A stretch of DNA of 33,892 nucleotides from an uncultured Ruminococcus sp. (GCA_964466485.1 CAYXNU010000001.1:1-33892); one strand, 5' to 3'. Positions 17,591-27,665 are shown, numbered from the stretch's first letter. The notes: generated by a model from the letters alone, not told the origin. Made by a program: numbers and translations.

Positions 17591-20500
17591 TTACAAAGCA
17601 CTCCTAATAAACTTAGATAAATCCTCAATGTTTGGGTTGTTTAACATCTCAACTAATATGTCATTAAACATAACTTTATTTTCAAACTTATCTTTTAAAA
17701 TACTTGCTACATTACCCATAATTAAAGAGTTTGCACCTAAATCGTAAAAATCATCTGTTTTGGAGATACTGCTTATATTTAAAGCATCTTTCCAAACATC
17801 AGCGAGTATAGTTTCGATATCGTCGAAAGTTTCAACAACTTGACTGTTTTTACTGCTATAGTTTTTCAATTCTAGCATAATGCTTTCAGCAACGGACTTT
17901 CTATCAACCTTACCATTAGGTGTTAAAGGTATGTTCTCAGTAAAGAAAATCTTTTGTGGTAGCATATACTTAGGCAAGAGTTTACTAGCATAGGCTTGAA
18001 TATTTTCTTCCATAGCAGTTAAATCGCTATCAGTAGGGGAGTTAAGTTTAACGTAGGCATATAGCTTTTTTTCTTCTGCTTTTTGCCCTAATGCTACTAC
18101 AACTACATTTTCAACGTTTGGATGTTTTTGTATACCGCTTTCAACCTCTCCTAGTTCGATTCTATAGCCCATGACCTTAACTTGAAAATCTTTTCGTCCT
18201 AGGAACTCTATGTTGCCATCGAGCATATATCTACCCATGTCACCAGTTTTGTACATTAGCTGATTATCATAAGGGTTTTTGATAAACCTATTGTTAGTTT
18301 CTTCGGGGTTGTTTAAATATTCCTTAGCCAGTCCAACACCCGTGATAAATAGTTCTCCCTCCACTAGCAAAGGACAATCTTTCAAGTTGTCATCTAAAAC
18401 CCTAAAGCCTTGATTGTACATAGGTTTTCCATATGGTATGCTTGTCCATGTGGGGTTTAGAGTAGTATACTCATACAAGATAGACCATATAGATGCCTCA
18501 GTTGCACCGCCTAAACTTACACACTTAATACTCTTATTATACTTCTTAATGTCATCAAATAGGTTTAAAGCAATCCAGTCCCCCGATAGCATAACTAGTC
18601 TAACGTTAGGGAGTTCATAAGTGTTGCTATCCACAAAGTTCATGAATATTTTCATAAAGGCTGGTACACTGTTCCAAATGGTTACGTTGTACTGTTTAAC
18701 CAAATCAAACCAGTGTGACGGATTAGTGTATCTATCCAAACTAGGATATACCACTGTACCACCCACAGATAGCAACCCAAAAATATCATACACAGATAAA
18801 TCAAAGTATAGCTGAGATAGACCTATAGCAGTATCATTTTCAGTGACGTTAAACCTTTCGTTAATATCTTCTATAGTATTCACAGCTGAACCATGGTTTA
18901 TTACTACTCCTTTAGGAACTCCAGTAGAACCCGATGTATGTATCACATAGGCGGGGCTATCTAAACTAGTATCCGATTTCAAGCAGTTTCCTAAAGACTT
19001 TTCTAGGGTGTCAACATCTACCGTTATGACTTTGCTATCGTAGTCTTTGTTCACACTGGATAACGTTAATACTATCCTAATATTTGCGTTCTTTATGATG
19101 GTATTCTTTCTATCTGTAGCCTGTTGGCTGTCTATGGGAACGTATACACAACTTTCCGATAGCACACCCAATACTGAATATATTTGGTATACCGATTTAG
19201 GCATAGCTACTCCAATGCATTCCCCAGACTGAACTTGTAACTCTTTTAGCCTAGTTGCCACAGAAGAAGCATTTAGAATAACATCCTCATAGGTGTACTG
19301 AATATCATCTTGAATTACAGCAACCTTGTCTTTACGGATGTTAAACTGTTCTATAATCTTGCCATGTAGGGTATGCTTTGGAAGTTCTTTCTTAGTAGCA
19401 TTTGCAGTATCTAGTAGTAGCTTTTGTGCTTGTGGCAAAGATACATAGTTTAGGGTATTCCAAATAGTGTTATCTGTTGCTAAAGCGTTTAACAAGCTTT
19501 CAAACATTTGGAACATATCTTCAACCATGCCCTTTGGAAATACGTTGTTTCTAACGTCCCAGTTTACCCTTAAGCCAAAGTTTCCGTCCATAGCTTGACA
19601 GTCTATAAAAACTTGTGGGGTTTGACTGATACAGCTATCCGTCATAACGCCCTTAATAGACGTACTGCTCAACCCTATAGCACTAGTAAACACTATAGGC
19701 ATTAGGGAGTTTTTATTGCCTTTAACCTTTGCCAACTCTCTAATAACTTCCACCCCAGAGAATAGCCTGTGTTCCATATCGGAAAATAGTTGATTGTTCA
19801 ACTGTAGAGCATACTCTAAAAAGGTTTTCTGTTTAGACATATTAACTTCTAAAAGGTTAATGGAAGTGAAATCTCCTACAATATCCATAATCTGTTCATG
19901 CACAGGCAACCTATTTAGTACGGTTAAGTTTATACAGAAGTCTTTGTTTTTGCTCCATCTTTCGATTATAGAAGAATATGCTGTAATTATTGCACACGTT
20001 GGAGTAATTCCAAACTGTTTAGTTTTGTCTTTAAAGCGGTTGTATTTCTCAAGGGACATACTTAAACTATGCCTAGTAAAGCCCACAGGAGAGTCCGCAT
20101 TTTGAGGGAGTACTGGTAGGTTTGGGGCTAATGGAATATCTTCCAATCTGTCGCACCAATACTTCTTATCTTTGGCATAGGATATGCTATCTTTGTAGTT
20201 AGTATATGCTAACTGGTAGTCATGGAAAGTTATATCCAGTGGTTTTAACACATAGTTTGGATTAAAGTACAAACTTTCAAACTCTGAAAGTAGTAGCCAT
20301 ATACTAGCCCAATCCGCTATGATAAACTCTATTGAAAAGTTAAATAAGTCATAGTCATCTAGTTTGGTTACTTGAATATCAAAGGCAAAACCGTTTTCAA
20401 TATCGAATACTTTGTGGCTAAACTCATCACGAATGTATGACAACTTTTCTTCCCTTGCGGAATCTTCCATACCTCTTAAATCGTTCGTTTTGATAACAAA

Positions 20501-20956
20501 CTTTGGAACATCTTTCAAGACTCTTTGTAGGTTATCGCTTGATATCGACGCTCTAAGCATATCGTGTCTTTGGATTAAAGTATTCCAAATATTTTCAACT
20601 GTAGGAACGTCTAAGCTATCGTACTTTAGTTCTATGTAAATTTGACATGAAAGCCCACCATATTCAAAAATGTTACTTCTACCCATTAGGTACGATGATT
20701 GAATATCCGTCAACTGGAACTTTTCAAACACTTGCTCCCCAGTAGATTTTTTTAACAAGTCTTTCATGGAAAGACTATCCTTTAATATGTAATCTATGCA
20801 TAGTTGCTTATTAGACTTTATAAACTCAACATCTTCAGCAGTGATAACGCCTTTAGGTGCTTTGTAGCCTATCTTTCCATCTTTTACATATAGATTAACT
20901 CCTTTGTTTTGTAGTTCTGCAATATATGCCGGAACTGTAGAAACTATTCTATCCAT
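17591..20956 (-). CDS. Nonribosomal peptide synthetase, docking domain-Cy-A(Cys)-T
   Basis: Cy motifs FQLTDIQSSYLMGR, GDFTSINLLE, PIVFTSAIG, QTPQVFIDCQ. A cores HTSGSTGVPKG, YKTGD, PNGKVDRK. Carrier GANSL. ATG 20956 is preferred (AAGGAG 5 nt upstream) over 20998, which would overlap the upstream gene. Confidence 0.92.
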   Translation of the reverse strand: MDRIVSTVPAYIAELQNKGVNLYVKDGKIGYKAPKGVITAEDVEFIKSNKQLCIDYILKDSLSMKDLLKKSTGEQVFEKFQLTDIQSSYLMGRSNIFEYGGLSCQIYIELKYDSLDVPTVENIWNTLIQRHDMLRASISSDNLQRVLKDVPKFVIKTNDLRGMEDSAREEKLSYIRDEFSHKVFDIENGFAFDIQVTKLDDYDLFNFSIEFIIADWASIWLLLSEFESLYFNPNYVLKPLDITFHDYQLAYTNYKDSISYAKDKKYWCDRLEDIPLAPNLPVLPQNADSPVGFTRHSLSMSLEKYNRFKDKTKQFGITPTCAIITAYSSIIERWSKNKDFCINLTVLNRLPVHEQIMDIVGDFTSINLLEVNMSKQKTFLEYALQLNNQLFSDMEHRLFSGVEVIRELAKVKGNKNSLMPIVFTSAIGLSSTSIKGVMTDSCISQTPQVFIDCQAMDGNFGLRVNWDVRNNVFPKGMVEDMFQMFESLLNALATDNTIWNTLNYVSLPQAQKLLLDTANATKKELPKHTLHGKIIEQFNIRKDKVAVIQDDIQYTYEDVILNASSVATRLKELQVQSGECIGVAMPKSVYQIYSVLGVLSESCVYVPIDSQQATDRKNTIIKNANIRIVLTLSSVNKDYDSKVITVDVDTLEKSLGNCLKSDTSLDSPAYVIHTSGSTGVPKGVVINHGSAVNTIEDINERFNVTENDTAIGLSQLYFDLSVYDIFGLLSVGGTVVYPSLDRYTNPSHWFDLVKQYNVTIWNSVPAFMKIFMNFVDSNTYELPNVRLVMLSGDWIALNLFDDIKKYNKSIKCVSLGGATEASIWSILYEYTTLNPTWTSIPYGKPMYNQGFRVLDDNLKDCPLLVEGELFITGVGLAKEYLNNPEETNNRFIKNPYDNQLMYKTGDMGRYMLDGNIEFLGRKDFQVKVMGYRIELGEVESGIQKHPNVENVVVVALGQKAEEKKLYAYVKLNSPTDSDLTAMEENIQAYASKLLPKYMLPQKIFFTENIPLTPNGKVDRKSVAESIMLELKNYSSKNSQVVETFDDIETILADVWKDALNISSISKTDDFYDLGANSLIMGNVASILKDKFENKVMFNDILVEMLNNPNIEDLSKFIRSAL
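20774..20956 (-). other. TubC-N-like N-terminal NRPS docking domain
   Basis: VPAYIAELQNKGVNLYVKDGKIGYKAPKGVITAEDVEFIKSNKQL follows the TubC docking pattern (L..L...GV.L...g.L.Y.APKG.lt.e....i...K). It precedes the Cy domain. Confidence 0.6.
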
Positions 20957-20967
20957 AAGAACTCCTT

Positions 20968-22062
20968 TCAAATAAGACACTCCTCTTGAATATCGCATAT
21001 ATGTGAACTATATACGCTGTAATCTTCAAAGACGTTTAAACTTTCAAGGTTGTGCCAAATATCTTCAACGTACTTTGAACAGTATATAGGATACACACCG
21101 CTATCAATATTTCCGTTGTATATAGATAGTGCTTGTGCCACGGCGACTGCTCCCGTTAAGTACTGTTGACTTTCCACGGTTAATGCGGTAGTAACTGCCT
21201 TAGGTTTTCCGTCGTTGTCTAGACCGTCAAGTTGTACTAGGTATTGAACATATTTCCTATCGTCAAGCACATCTTGTTTAGATACTTCAACTAATTCATC
21301 TATAGTGTTTTCAATACTGTTTTTGTACTTTGAGGGCAACTTCTCAAAAAATTCTAACATATTCTTTCCACTGGTAGCACTGTACCATTCACTGTGGTTG
21401 CACTGTGTAAAGTCTGCCACATACTTAGTTTCGTCATCGTAGTAAGGGAATAGCTTTACTGCATTAAAAAGTTTTGGAAGTACAATCTTATTAAAAGCCC
21501 TGTTGCTATTGAAAAAAGAGTTTCTATCCTTATAGATATACATAACATCGTTGTTGTTGCCATGCATAATGCCGTTTAAATAGTCTTTACTGGCAATGTG
21601 ACTAAAAACTCCTTTTATCTCATATATGGATACTATGTTTTCCACTTTGCTAAAACCTTTGGACTGCACTAGGGGTAACATTCCTGAAACCCCTGGCACT
21701 GACCCTGAGCAGTATACTATAGCGTTATTAGTGTTAGTATACTTGCAAGTATCCACATTGCACAAGCCAACATCTACTAGATGTGTTTGCTTTTTAATAG
21801 CCATATCTATTAGAAGTGGTGTACTCTTGTAAGATGAACCTGAACAGTTAATAACGATACTACATCCGTTGAAAAATTCCTCAAGTGTATCTTGTGAGAA
21901 TATATCAACGTTCTTACAGATGGCATTATTTATACCACTAGGTATACTATTGCTATTGATGTTTCTACTGCCAACTTTAATAGTTTCGTTTGGCAAAACT
22001 TTAGATAGTATCTCTAAAGCCTTAGAGCCTATACTTCCAGTACCGCCCAATAGACCTATCAT
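20968..22062 (-). CDS. Saccharopine dehydrogenase-like NAD(P)-binding oxidoreductase
   Basis: N-terminal Rossmann motif MIGLLGGTGSIGSKA, then ...VDIFSQDTLEEFFNGCSIVINCSG...LVDVG, typical of the Sacchrp_dh_NADP fold. AAGGAGGTG RBS upstream of the ATG. Confidence 0.6.
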   Translation of the reverse strand: MIGLLGGTGSIGSKALEILSKVLPNETIKVGSRNINSNSIPSGINNAICKNVDIFSQDTLEEFFNGCSIVINCSGSSYKSTPLLIDMAIKKQTHLVDVGLCNVDTCKYTNTNNAIVYCSGSVPGVSGMLPLVQSKGFSKVENIVSIYEIKGVFSHIASKDYLNGIMHGNNNDVMYIYKDRNSFFNSNRAFNKIVLPKLFNAVKLFPYYDDETKYVADFTQCNHSEWYSATSGKNMLEFFEKLPSKYKNSIENTIDELVEVSKQDVLDDRKYVQYLVQLDGLDNDGKPKAVTTALTVESQQYLTGAVAVAQALSIYNGNIDSGVYPIYCSKYVEDIWHNLESLNVFEDYSVYSSHICDIQEECLI

Positions 22063-22076
22063 AAAAAATCACCTCC

Positions 22077-23825
22077 TTATATAATAGACCAATCTTTTTC
22101 GGCATTCTGTAGTTTTACCATGCTGTTAAACATTCCGTTTTTAGCAAGTAGTTCGCTAGGAGTGCCATACTCTACAACCTTGCCATTAGATAGCACTATA
22201 ACTTTATCAGCTGACATAATAGTCCTCATTCTGTGGGCTATAATTACTACCGTTTTGTTATCTATTAACTTGCTTATAGCAGATTGTATCAAAGTTTCGT
22301 TTTCCACATCGAGGGAGGCAGTAGCCTCATCGAGTAGGACTACAGGGGCATTTTTTAGCATAGCTCTAGCTATTGAAATTCTTTGTCTTTCGCCACCAGA
22401 TAACATACTACCGTTTTCCCCTATTATAGTTTTGTAGCCATTAGGTAGTTTACGGATAAACTCATCGCATTGAGTTACCTTAGCAATTTCGATAACTTCC
22501 TCATCGGTTGCGTTGGTATTGCCTATCCTTATATTTTCCATAATGGTATCATTAAAGAGTGTAACGTCTTGAAAAACCATAGAGAACTTAGTTAGGTAGG
22601 TTTCAATATCGAAAGACTTTACATCTTCTCCGCCTAGCGTTATAGAACCCTTGTCTATATCCCAAAAGCGAGATATTAACTTTGCTATAGTGGATTTTCC
22701 ACCGCCCGAAGTACCTACCAAAGCAGTAACTTCCCCTTGATTGATTTTCAAAGATATCCCATTGATAACGTCTTCTTCCTTGTCGTTGTAAGAAAAGTAC
22801 ACATCTTTAAATTCTATATCATAGTTGTTAGGCATATCGGTTTTGCTACCCACTTGAATAGGTTGTTCGTTAATCTCACGCATACGCTCAACAGATAGCA
22901 ACACGTTAAAGGTAGCTGTTAAACTTTGTAGAGAACTTATCAAAGCGTCGTAAATTTTAGAAGCGGTAATTAAGAATATCAAGAAAGTAAATACATCTAT
23001 AGAGCCATCCATTAAGCATATAGACCCCATCAAGATTGTACTAGCTATTCCCACCTTTAAAACCATCTGCGAAAGCATAATAATAACACCTGTGAATATT
23101 TCACCACTTATGCAACTCTTTTCAAAGTCGTCAAGTTGGGAATCCAAACTAGCTATGTACTTTTCACACTGGTTTGTAGATTTAATATCCTTAATATTTT
23201 CCAAATATTCTTGAATAGCAGTGTTGTATTGCATCTTGCTTTTGGCGGTTTTAAGTCTAGTGCTATCTTGAGATTTTTTAGTTATAACTACAATTAGCAA
23301 GGCTACAGGAACAACCCACAAAAGTGCAATAGCCATCTTAACGTTTAACACGAACAAGAATACTCCCACAATGACTATATATACACAAGAACCAAATAGG
23401 TTTGGTAAGAAGTGAGATAACGCTGTTTCGATATCTGCACAGTCGTTCATTATTGAGATAGTTAAATCGGAAAGATTTTTCTTACTAAAAAACGATAGTG
23501 GCAACTTCCTAATGTGTTCCGCAAGGGAAATCCTTTGGTTTGCACTTTCGCTATACGATGACAAAAATGTAGAGTTATATTGAATATACTGTGTAATAAA
23601 GATTAATATCAACGCTATGATACACAATGCAACGTATAGCCCTAAATTTATACTATAGCTTGAACCATATAAGATAGGTTTGCAAAACTCCTTAAGTAAC
23701 ATACACACGATACCTAACGGCATCATAAGAACTATATTAGAAATCGCACAACACCAAACAGACTTTACTAAATCTTTAGCACCCTTGTCGGTTAAAGCGA
23801 ATATTCTTTTAAAAAGATTTATCAC
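22077..23825 (-). CDS. ABC transporter, fused permease/ATP-binding protein (type I exporter fold)
   Basis: 582 aa with an N-terminal 6-TM region. Walker A GTSGGGKST, signature LSGGERQR, Walker B VVLLDEATASLD. GTG start with AGGGGGGTG RBS. Confidence 0.88.
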   Translation of the reverse strand: MINLFKRIFALTDKGAKDLVKSVWCCAISNIVLMMPLGIVCMLLKEFCKPILYGSSYSINLGLYVALCIIALILIFITQYIQYNSTFLSSYSESANQRISLAEHIRKLPLSFFSKKNLSDLTISIMNDCADIETALSHFLPNLFGSCVYIVIVGVFLFVLNVKMAIALLWVVPVALLIVVITKKSQDSTRLKTAKSKMQYNTAIQEYLENIKDIKSTNQCEKYIASLDSQLDDFEKSCISGEIFTGVIIMLSQMVLKVGIASTILMGSICLMDGSIDVFTFLIFLITASKIYDALISSLQSLTATFNVLLSVERMREINEQPIQVGSKTDMPNNYDIEFKDVYFSYNDKEEDVINGISLKINQGEVTALVGTSGGGKSTIAKLISRFWDIDKGSITLGGEDVKSFDIETYLTKFSMVFQDVTLFNDTIMENIRIGNTNATDEEVIEIAKVTQCDEFIRKLPNGYKTIIGENGSMLSGGERQRISIARAMLKNAPVVLLDEATASLDVENETLIQSAISKLIDNKTVVIIAHRMRTIMSADKVIVLSNGKVVEYGTPSELLAKNGMFNSMVKLQNAEKDWSII

Positions 23826-23841
23826 AAAGTCACCCCCCTAA

Positions 23842-25590
23842 TTAAAGTTTCCAGTTTATCGCAGATTGATATTCTTCCCACATGGAGGCATATACTCCAT
23901 CTTTGGCTAACAACTCTTTATGTGTTCCGCTTTCGCAAATAGAGCCTTGTTCCATAACTATTATGTTATCGGCATTGCACACCGTTGAAAGCCTATGGGC
24001 AATCATTAGGACTGTTTTACCTTTAATTAATCTTTCTAGTGCCTTTTGAATTTCGTGTTCATTTTCGGGGTCAGCAAAGGCTGTAGCCTCGTCTAGTATT
24101 ACTATTGGAGCGTCTTTTAGTATAGCCCTAGCAAGGGTAATCCTTTGCACTTCTCCCCCCGATAGGTACACACCATTAGAGCCTATAACAGTATTCAATC
24201 CATCGGGGAACTTTCTAACTATATCCATGCACATGGCACTTTCCAAAGCTGACATAACTTCCGTATCAGTAGCGGTAGGCTTAGCCATCTTAACGTTTTC
24301 TAGAATGGTAGTTTTAAATATATGGTTATCTTGAAATACAAAAGATACTCTATCCATAAGTTCACTGGTGGATATATCCTTAACGTTCACACCACCTATA
24401 GATACCGAACCGCTTTCAACATCCCAAAACCTAGGTATTAGACTAGCTACAGTAGTCTTACCACTACCCGAATGCCCAACTATTGCAGTAGTGCTTTTAT
24501 CTGGAATGTTAAAAGTCACACCGTTTAGTATAGTTTTGCCATCCTGTTCATACTTAAAGAAAACATCCTTAAACTTAATGGAATTGTCTTTGGGTACTTG
24601 TGGAGTAGCAGTTTCGTCCAAAGTAGTTTCGTTCAAGATACTTTCTATCCTATGTTGAGCCTCTTTGGCTGACATTAAACTTTCACTTAAACTTATAACT
24701 TTGCTAAGCATACTAGCACACAACGGTGTAAATATAGTATAGAATATAAAGTTTACTAAAAACCTTTGATAGTCCACAGCAGACGCTACTAACAAAATAG
24801 CACCTATCACAAGGAACACTACACTAGCGTTTATAGATACTATAGACGAACACATGGGCATTCTAACGCTAATAGTATAGTTCACAGACCAATCTTTGTA
24901 GCGTTGTATTGAACTAAAAAAGTTCTTAAATGAGAATATACTCTGCTGAAAAGTTTTAACTACTGGAATACCCCTAATGTATTCAACAGCTTGACTATTC
25001 ATATCGTCTAGGGCGTTTTGGTACTCTTTCATGGATTGCATAAGCTTTTCGCCCGTCATACTACCCATAAAGAAGATACTTATAAATATCGGTACTAGAC
25101 CAATCAAGCCCAGTTTCCAGTCGATTTTAAATAGCACTGCAATAACACCTATTAGCGTTACTACAGCCCCAATGCAATCAGGGAGAAGATGTGCTAAAAA
25201 TTCTTCAGTCCTTGAGGCACTTTCGTCTATGGTACGTCTTAACTTGCCACTGCTATTGTTGGTAAAGTATCCTAGTGGTAGGTTAATCAAGTGGTGCAAC
25301 GACATACTTCTCATGTTGGTTGCAACTTTAAAAGCTGTAATATGCGAAAATATCAGCGATAGTATATATATGAAAATACTAACAATAGAGAACACCACCG
25401 CCATAATTCCATAATGTTTTAAGTTTGTAGCTTTTGAAAAGTCTGGGTAGTACTTGAAAACATCCGAAACTACTTTCCAAATGTAGTAGTATGGCACAAG
25501 CGATATTATCGAACTTAAACCCGAAAATATCCACGCAACCACCATTAACGTTTTATGCTTACCCGCATAGTAAAAAAGATTCCTTTTCAC
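23842..25590 (-). CDS. ABC transporter, fused permease/ATP-binding protein (type I exporter fold), likely heterodimer partner
   Basis: 582 aa with a TM region. Walker A GHSGSGKTT, signature LSGGEVQR, Walker B IVILDEATAFAD. GTG start. Confidence 0.88.
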   Translation of the reverse strand: MKRNLFYYAGKHKTLMVVAWIFSGLSSIISLVPYYYIWKVVSDVFKYYPDFSKATNLKHYGIMAVVFSIVSIFIYILSLIFSHITAFKVATNMRSMSLHHLINLPLGYFTNNSSGKLRRTIDESASRTEEFLAHLLPDCIGAVVTLIGVIAVLFKIDWKLGLIGLVPIFISIFFMGSMTGEKLMQSMKEYQNALDDMNSQAVEYIRGIPVVKTFQQSIFSFKNFFSSIQRYKDWSVNYTISVRMPMCSSIVSINASVVFLVIGAILLVASAVDYQRFLVNFIFYTIFTPLCASMLSKVISLSESLMSAKEAQHRIESILNETTLDETATPQVPKDNSIKFKDVFFKYEQDGKTILNGVTFNIPDKSTTAIVGHSGSGKTTVASLIPRFWDVESGSVSIGGVNVKDISTSELMDRVSFVFQDNHIFKTTILENVKMAKPTATDTEVMSALESAMCMDIVRKFPDGLNTVIGSNGVYLSGGEVQRITLARAILKDAPIVILDEATAFADPENEHEIQKALERLIKGKTVLMIAHRLSTVCNADNIIVMEQGSICESGTHKELLAKDGVYASMWEEYQSAINWKL

Positions 25591-25616
25591 AAAAAATGTT
25601 ACACTCCCTTTAAATT

Positions 25617-26999
25617 TTATAGTTTTGTTAAAACTAACGATTTATTACAGGTTTTCGATACCAACTCCTCATCATGAGTAACTATTAGTATTATCTTTCC
25701 ATCTTTAGATAGCGACTTAATTAAGTTAGAAACTCTAAGCATATCATCATAATCAAGTCCACTGGTAGGCTCGTCAAATACTAATATATCCCTATTGCAT
25801 AGATAACTATCGGCTATCGCTAAACGCTGTGCTTGTCCTCCCGAAAGTGCCATAGGATGACGGTTTTCAAAGCCACTTAGCCCCAACTTGTGGAGTATAT
25901 CTTTTGCATCGCTTTCAGTAGCGGAGTTTCCTAGCATAGTTTCTCCAATAACGCTATTTGAAAACAGTTGATGATTTACATCTTGCATGATTAAAAAAGT
26001 TAGTCTTTGCCTTTGCTTAGCAGATAGTTCTTTGCCATTTAGAGAAATACTCCCTGACTTTTGTTTTATCAAACCGCATAGGCACTTTATCAGTGAACTT
26101 TTACCAACACCGTTGTTCCCTAAGATAGCTAATATATCACCCTTGTTTAGCGAAAACGATATGTTTTCTTGAACGGTTTTCTTACCAAAAGAAAGTTTTA
26201 AATCTTTTACGCAAAGGGTATCACTGGAAGTATATTCGCAAGTGGATACCTTTAGCGGTTCTCTAACGATTTGACGTAAGCCTAAAAGTTCCCTCTTAGA
26301 AGTAGAAAGTTTCTTAAACTCTAAGTTAGACATAGCTAACTCTAGCTTACCACTATCGAAATAGAAAGCACGGTCTATAAGGTCTGCTATGTACCAAAAT
26401 CTATGTTCGGCAATGATTATCGTTTTGCCTTGAGATTTTAAAATCTTAAGTATGTTGGATAGATGTTCCATGCTCTTTATATCCAAATTAGATGACGGCT
26501 CATCCAAAAGTATAATATCACTGCCCATAGCGTACACCGACGCAATAGCTATCTTTTGCTTTTGCCCACCTGATAGCTTAAATAAATCCTTGTCGAGTAG
26601 TTCTTGTATATCTAAATCTTTAGTAGTTTCTTGTAATCTTCGTTGCATTGTGGGTCTGTCAACTCTAAGGTTTTCCATTCCGAATACTATTTCGTCAGTG
26701 GTATTGAGATTAAAAAACTGTGACTTTGGGTTTTGGAATACCGAACCAACCATCTTTGAAAGTTCCCACGATTTCATTTCACTAATGGGATAGCCATCAA
26801 TCAACGCAGAACCGCTTATATTTCCCTCTTGAAAGTTTGGGATTAGTCCATTAATAATCTTTGTGACAGTAGTCTTTCCGCTACCGCTTTTGCCACAAAG
26901 TAACACAAACTCTCCACTATTGATTTTAAAGCTACAGTCTGTTAAACTTTTACTTTGATTTTCACCATAGGTATAGCTAACGTTGTCGAATACTACCAT
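25617..26999 (-). CDS. ECF-type transporter ATPase with duplicated ABC domains (EcfA-EcfA' fusion)
   Basis: Two nucleotide-binding units: GKSGSGKTT / LSGGQKQK / ILLDEPSSNLD and GNNGVGKSS / LSGGQAQR / LVFDEPTSGLD. There is no TM region. ATG 26999 overlaps the upstream stop (ATGGTAG). Confidence 0.85.
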   Translation of the reverse strand: MVVFDNVSYTYGENQSKSLTDCSFKINSGEFVLLCGKSGSGKTTVTKIINGLIPNFQEGNISGSALIDGYPISEMKSWELSKMVGSVFQNPKSQFFNLNTTDEIVFGMENLRVDRPTMQRRLQETTKDLDIQELLDKDLFKLSGGQKQKIAIASVYAMGSDIILLDEPSSNLDIKSMEHLSNILKILKSQGKTIIIAEHRFWYIADLIDRAFYFDSGKLELAMSNLEFKKLSTSKRELLGLRQIVREPLKVSTCEYTSSDTLCVKDLKLSFGKKTVQENISFSLNKGDILAILGNNGVGKSSLIKCLCGLIKQKSGSISLNGKELSAKQRQRLTFLIMQDVNHQLFSNSVIGETMLGNSATESDAKDILHKLGLSGFENRHPMALSGGQAQRLAIADSYLCNRDILVFDEPTSGLDYDDMLRVSNLIKSLSKDGKIILIVTHDEELVSKTCNKSLVLTKL

Positions 27000-27664
27000 A
27001 TAAATCCACACACCACCAATCCTAAAAAGATTACCATTAAAACGAAATCCCACCAGTGAAACTTAACTTCTATAAAGGAAGTTTTTTCGTTAGGGTTTTC
27101 AATACCTCTTGTAACTGCCGAGGCTGATAAATCATCCGAAATTTGCATACTATTAACAATCATCGGCATATAAAGATATTCTATCTTATTAAATATTCCC
27201 TTAATCTCTCTTAATTTCATAGCGTTTCGTATTTCCGAAAACTCCTCTTTAATCGTTGGAAAATATCGGATAAGTACTGCTAGTGAAATTATTAAGTTAT
27301 TAGGGAGTTTCATTAACCTAAGCGATTCTAATATGGAACGGACTTTGGTAGTCTTTAGTAGGTATGTGGAGGGAAGTGTGCAAGGAAAAAGCCATCTAAA
27401 GTATATGAACACCGAGAACAACATACCAACGCTAGTTGAAACTTTAGGGATTAGCAAAAACTCTATTGCCGTCAATATGCCATATACTATGCCACATTCA
27501 ATAAGTTCTTTCCACAAGTTGGATACTATAAACATTACTATAAATATACATGACATTATCGCTATTATCCATGTGTTGTTGTTGAAATTCATAAATATTG
27601 CCATGATAGTCGCTAGTAACAGAAACACTTTAGTTCTAGGGTCGATTTTATTTGAAAAATCCAT
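26993..27664 (-). CDS. ECF transporter transmembrane (T) component, EcfT/CbiQ family
   Basis: 223-aa polytopic membrane protein between the S-like and ATPase genes. Arg-containing coupling-helix-like motifs AMKLREIKG and SAVTRGIENP. Confidence 0.75.
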   Translation of the reverse strand: MDFSNKIDPRTKVFLLLATIMAIFMNFNNNTWIIAIMSCIFIVMFIVSNLWKELIECGIVYGILTAIEFLLIPKVSTSVGMLFSVFIYFRWLFPCTLPSTYLLKTTKVRSILESLRLMKLPNNLIISLAVLIRYFPTIKEEFSEIRNAMKLREIKGIFNKIEYLYMPMIVNSMQISDDLSASAVTRGIENPNEKTSFIEVKFHWWDFVLMVIFLGLVVCGFIW

Positions 27665-27665
27665 G

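Noticed and set aside
20957-20998. The longer start (20998) for the docking-domain NRPS, giving MRYSRGVSYLKGVL before MDRIV.
   Set aside because: It would overlap the reductase gene by 31 nt and has no RBS. ATG 20956 has AAGGAG 5 nt upstream, and the docking-domain pattern begins right after it.
4841-21832. About 25 short plus-strand ORFs (60-130 aa) inside the minus-strand NRPS, ligase, C, TE and reductase genes, for example 4841-5212, 9617-10000, 12751-13143 and 19794-20105.
   Set aside because: All are antisense to long ORFs that carry dense, recognisable domain motifs. Their translations are low-complexity (S/L/F/I-rich), and they lack an RBS or any recognisable family motif. They are antisense-frame artefacts of AT-rich coding sequence.
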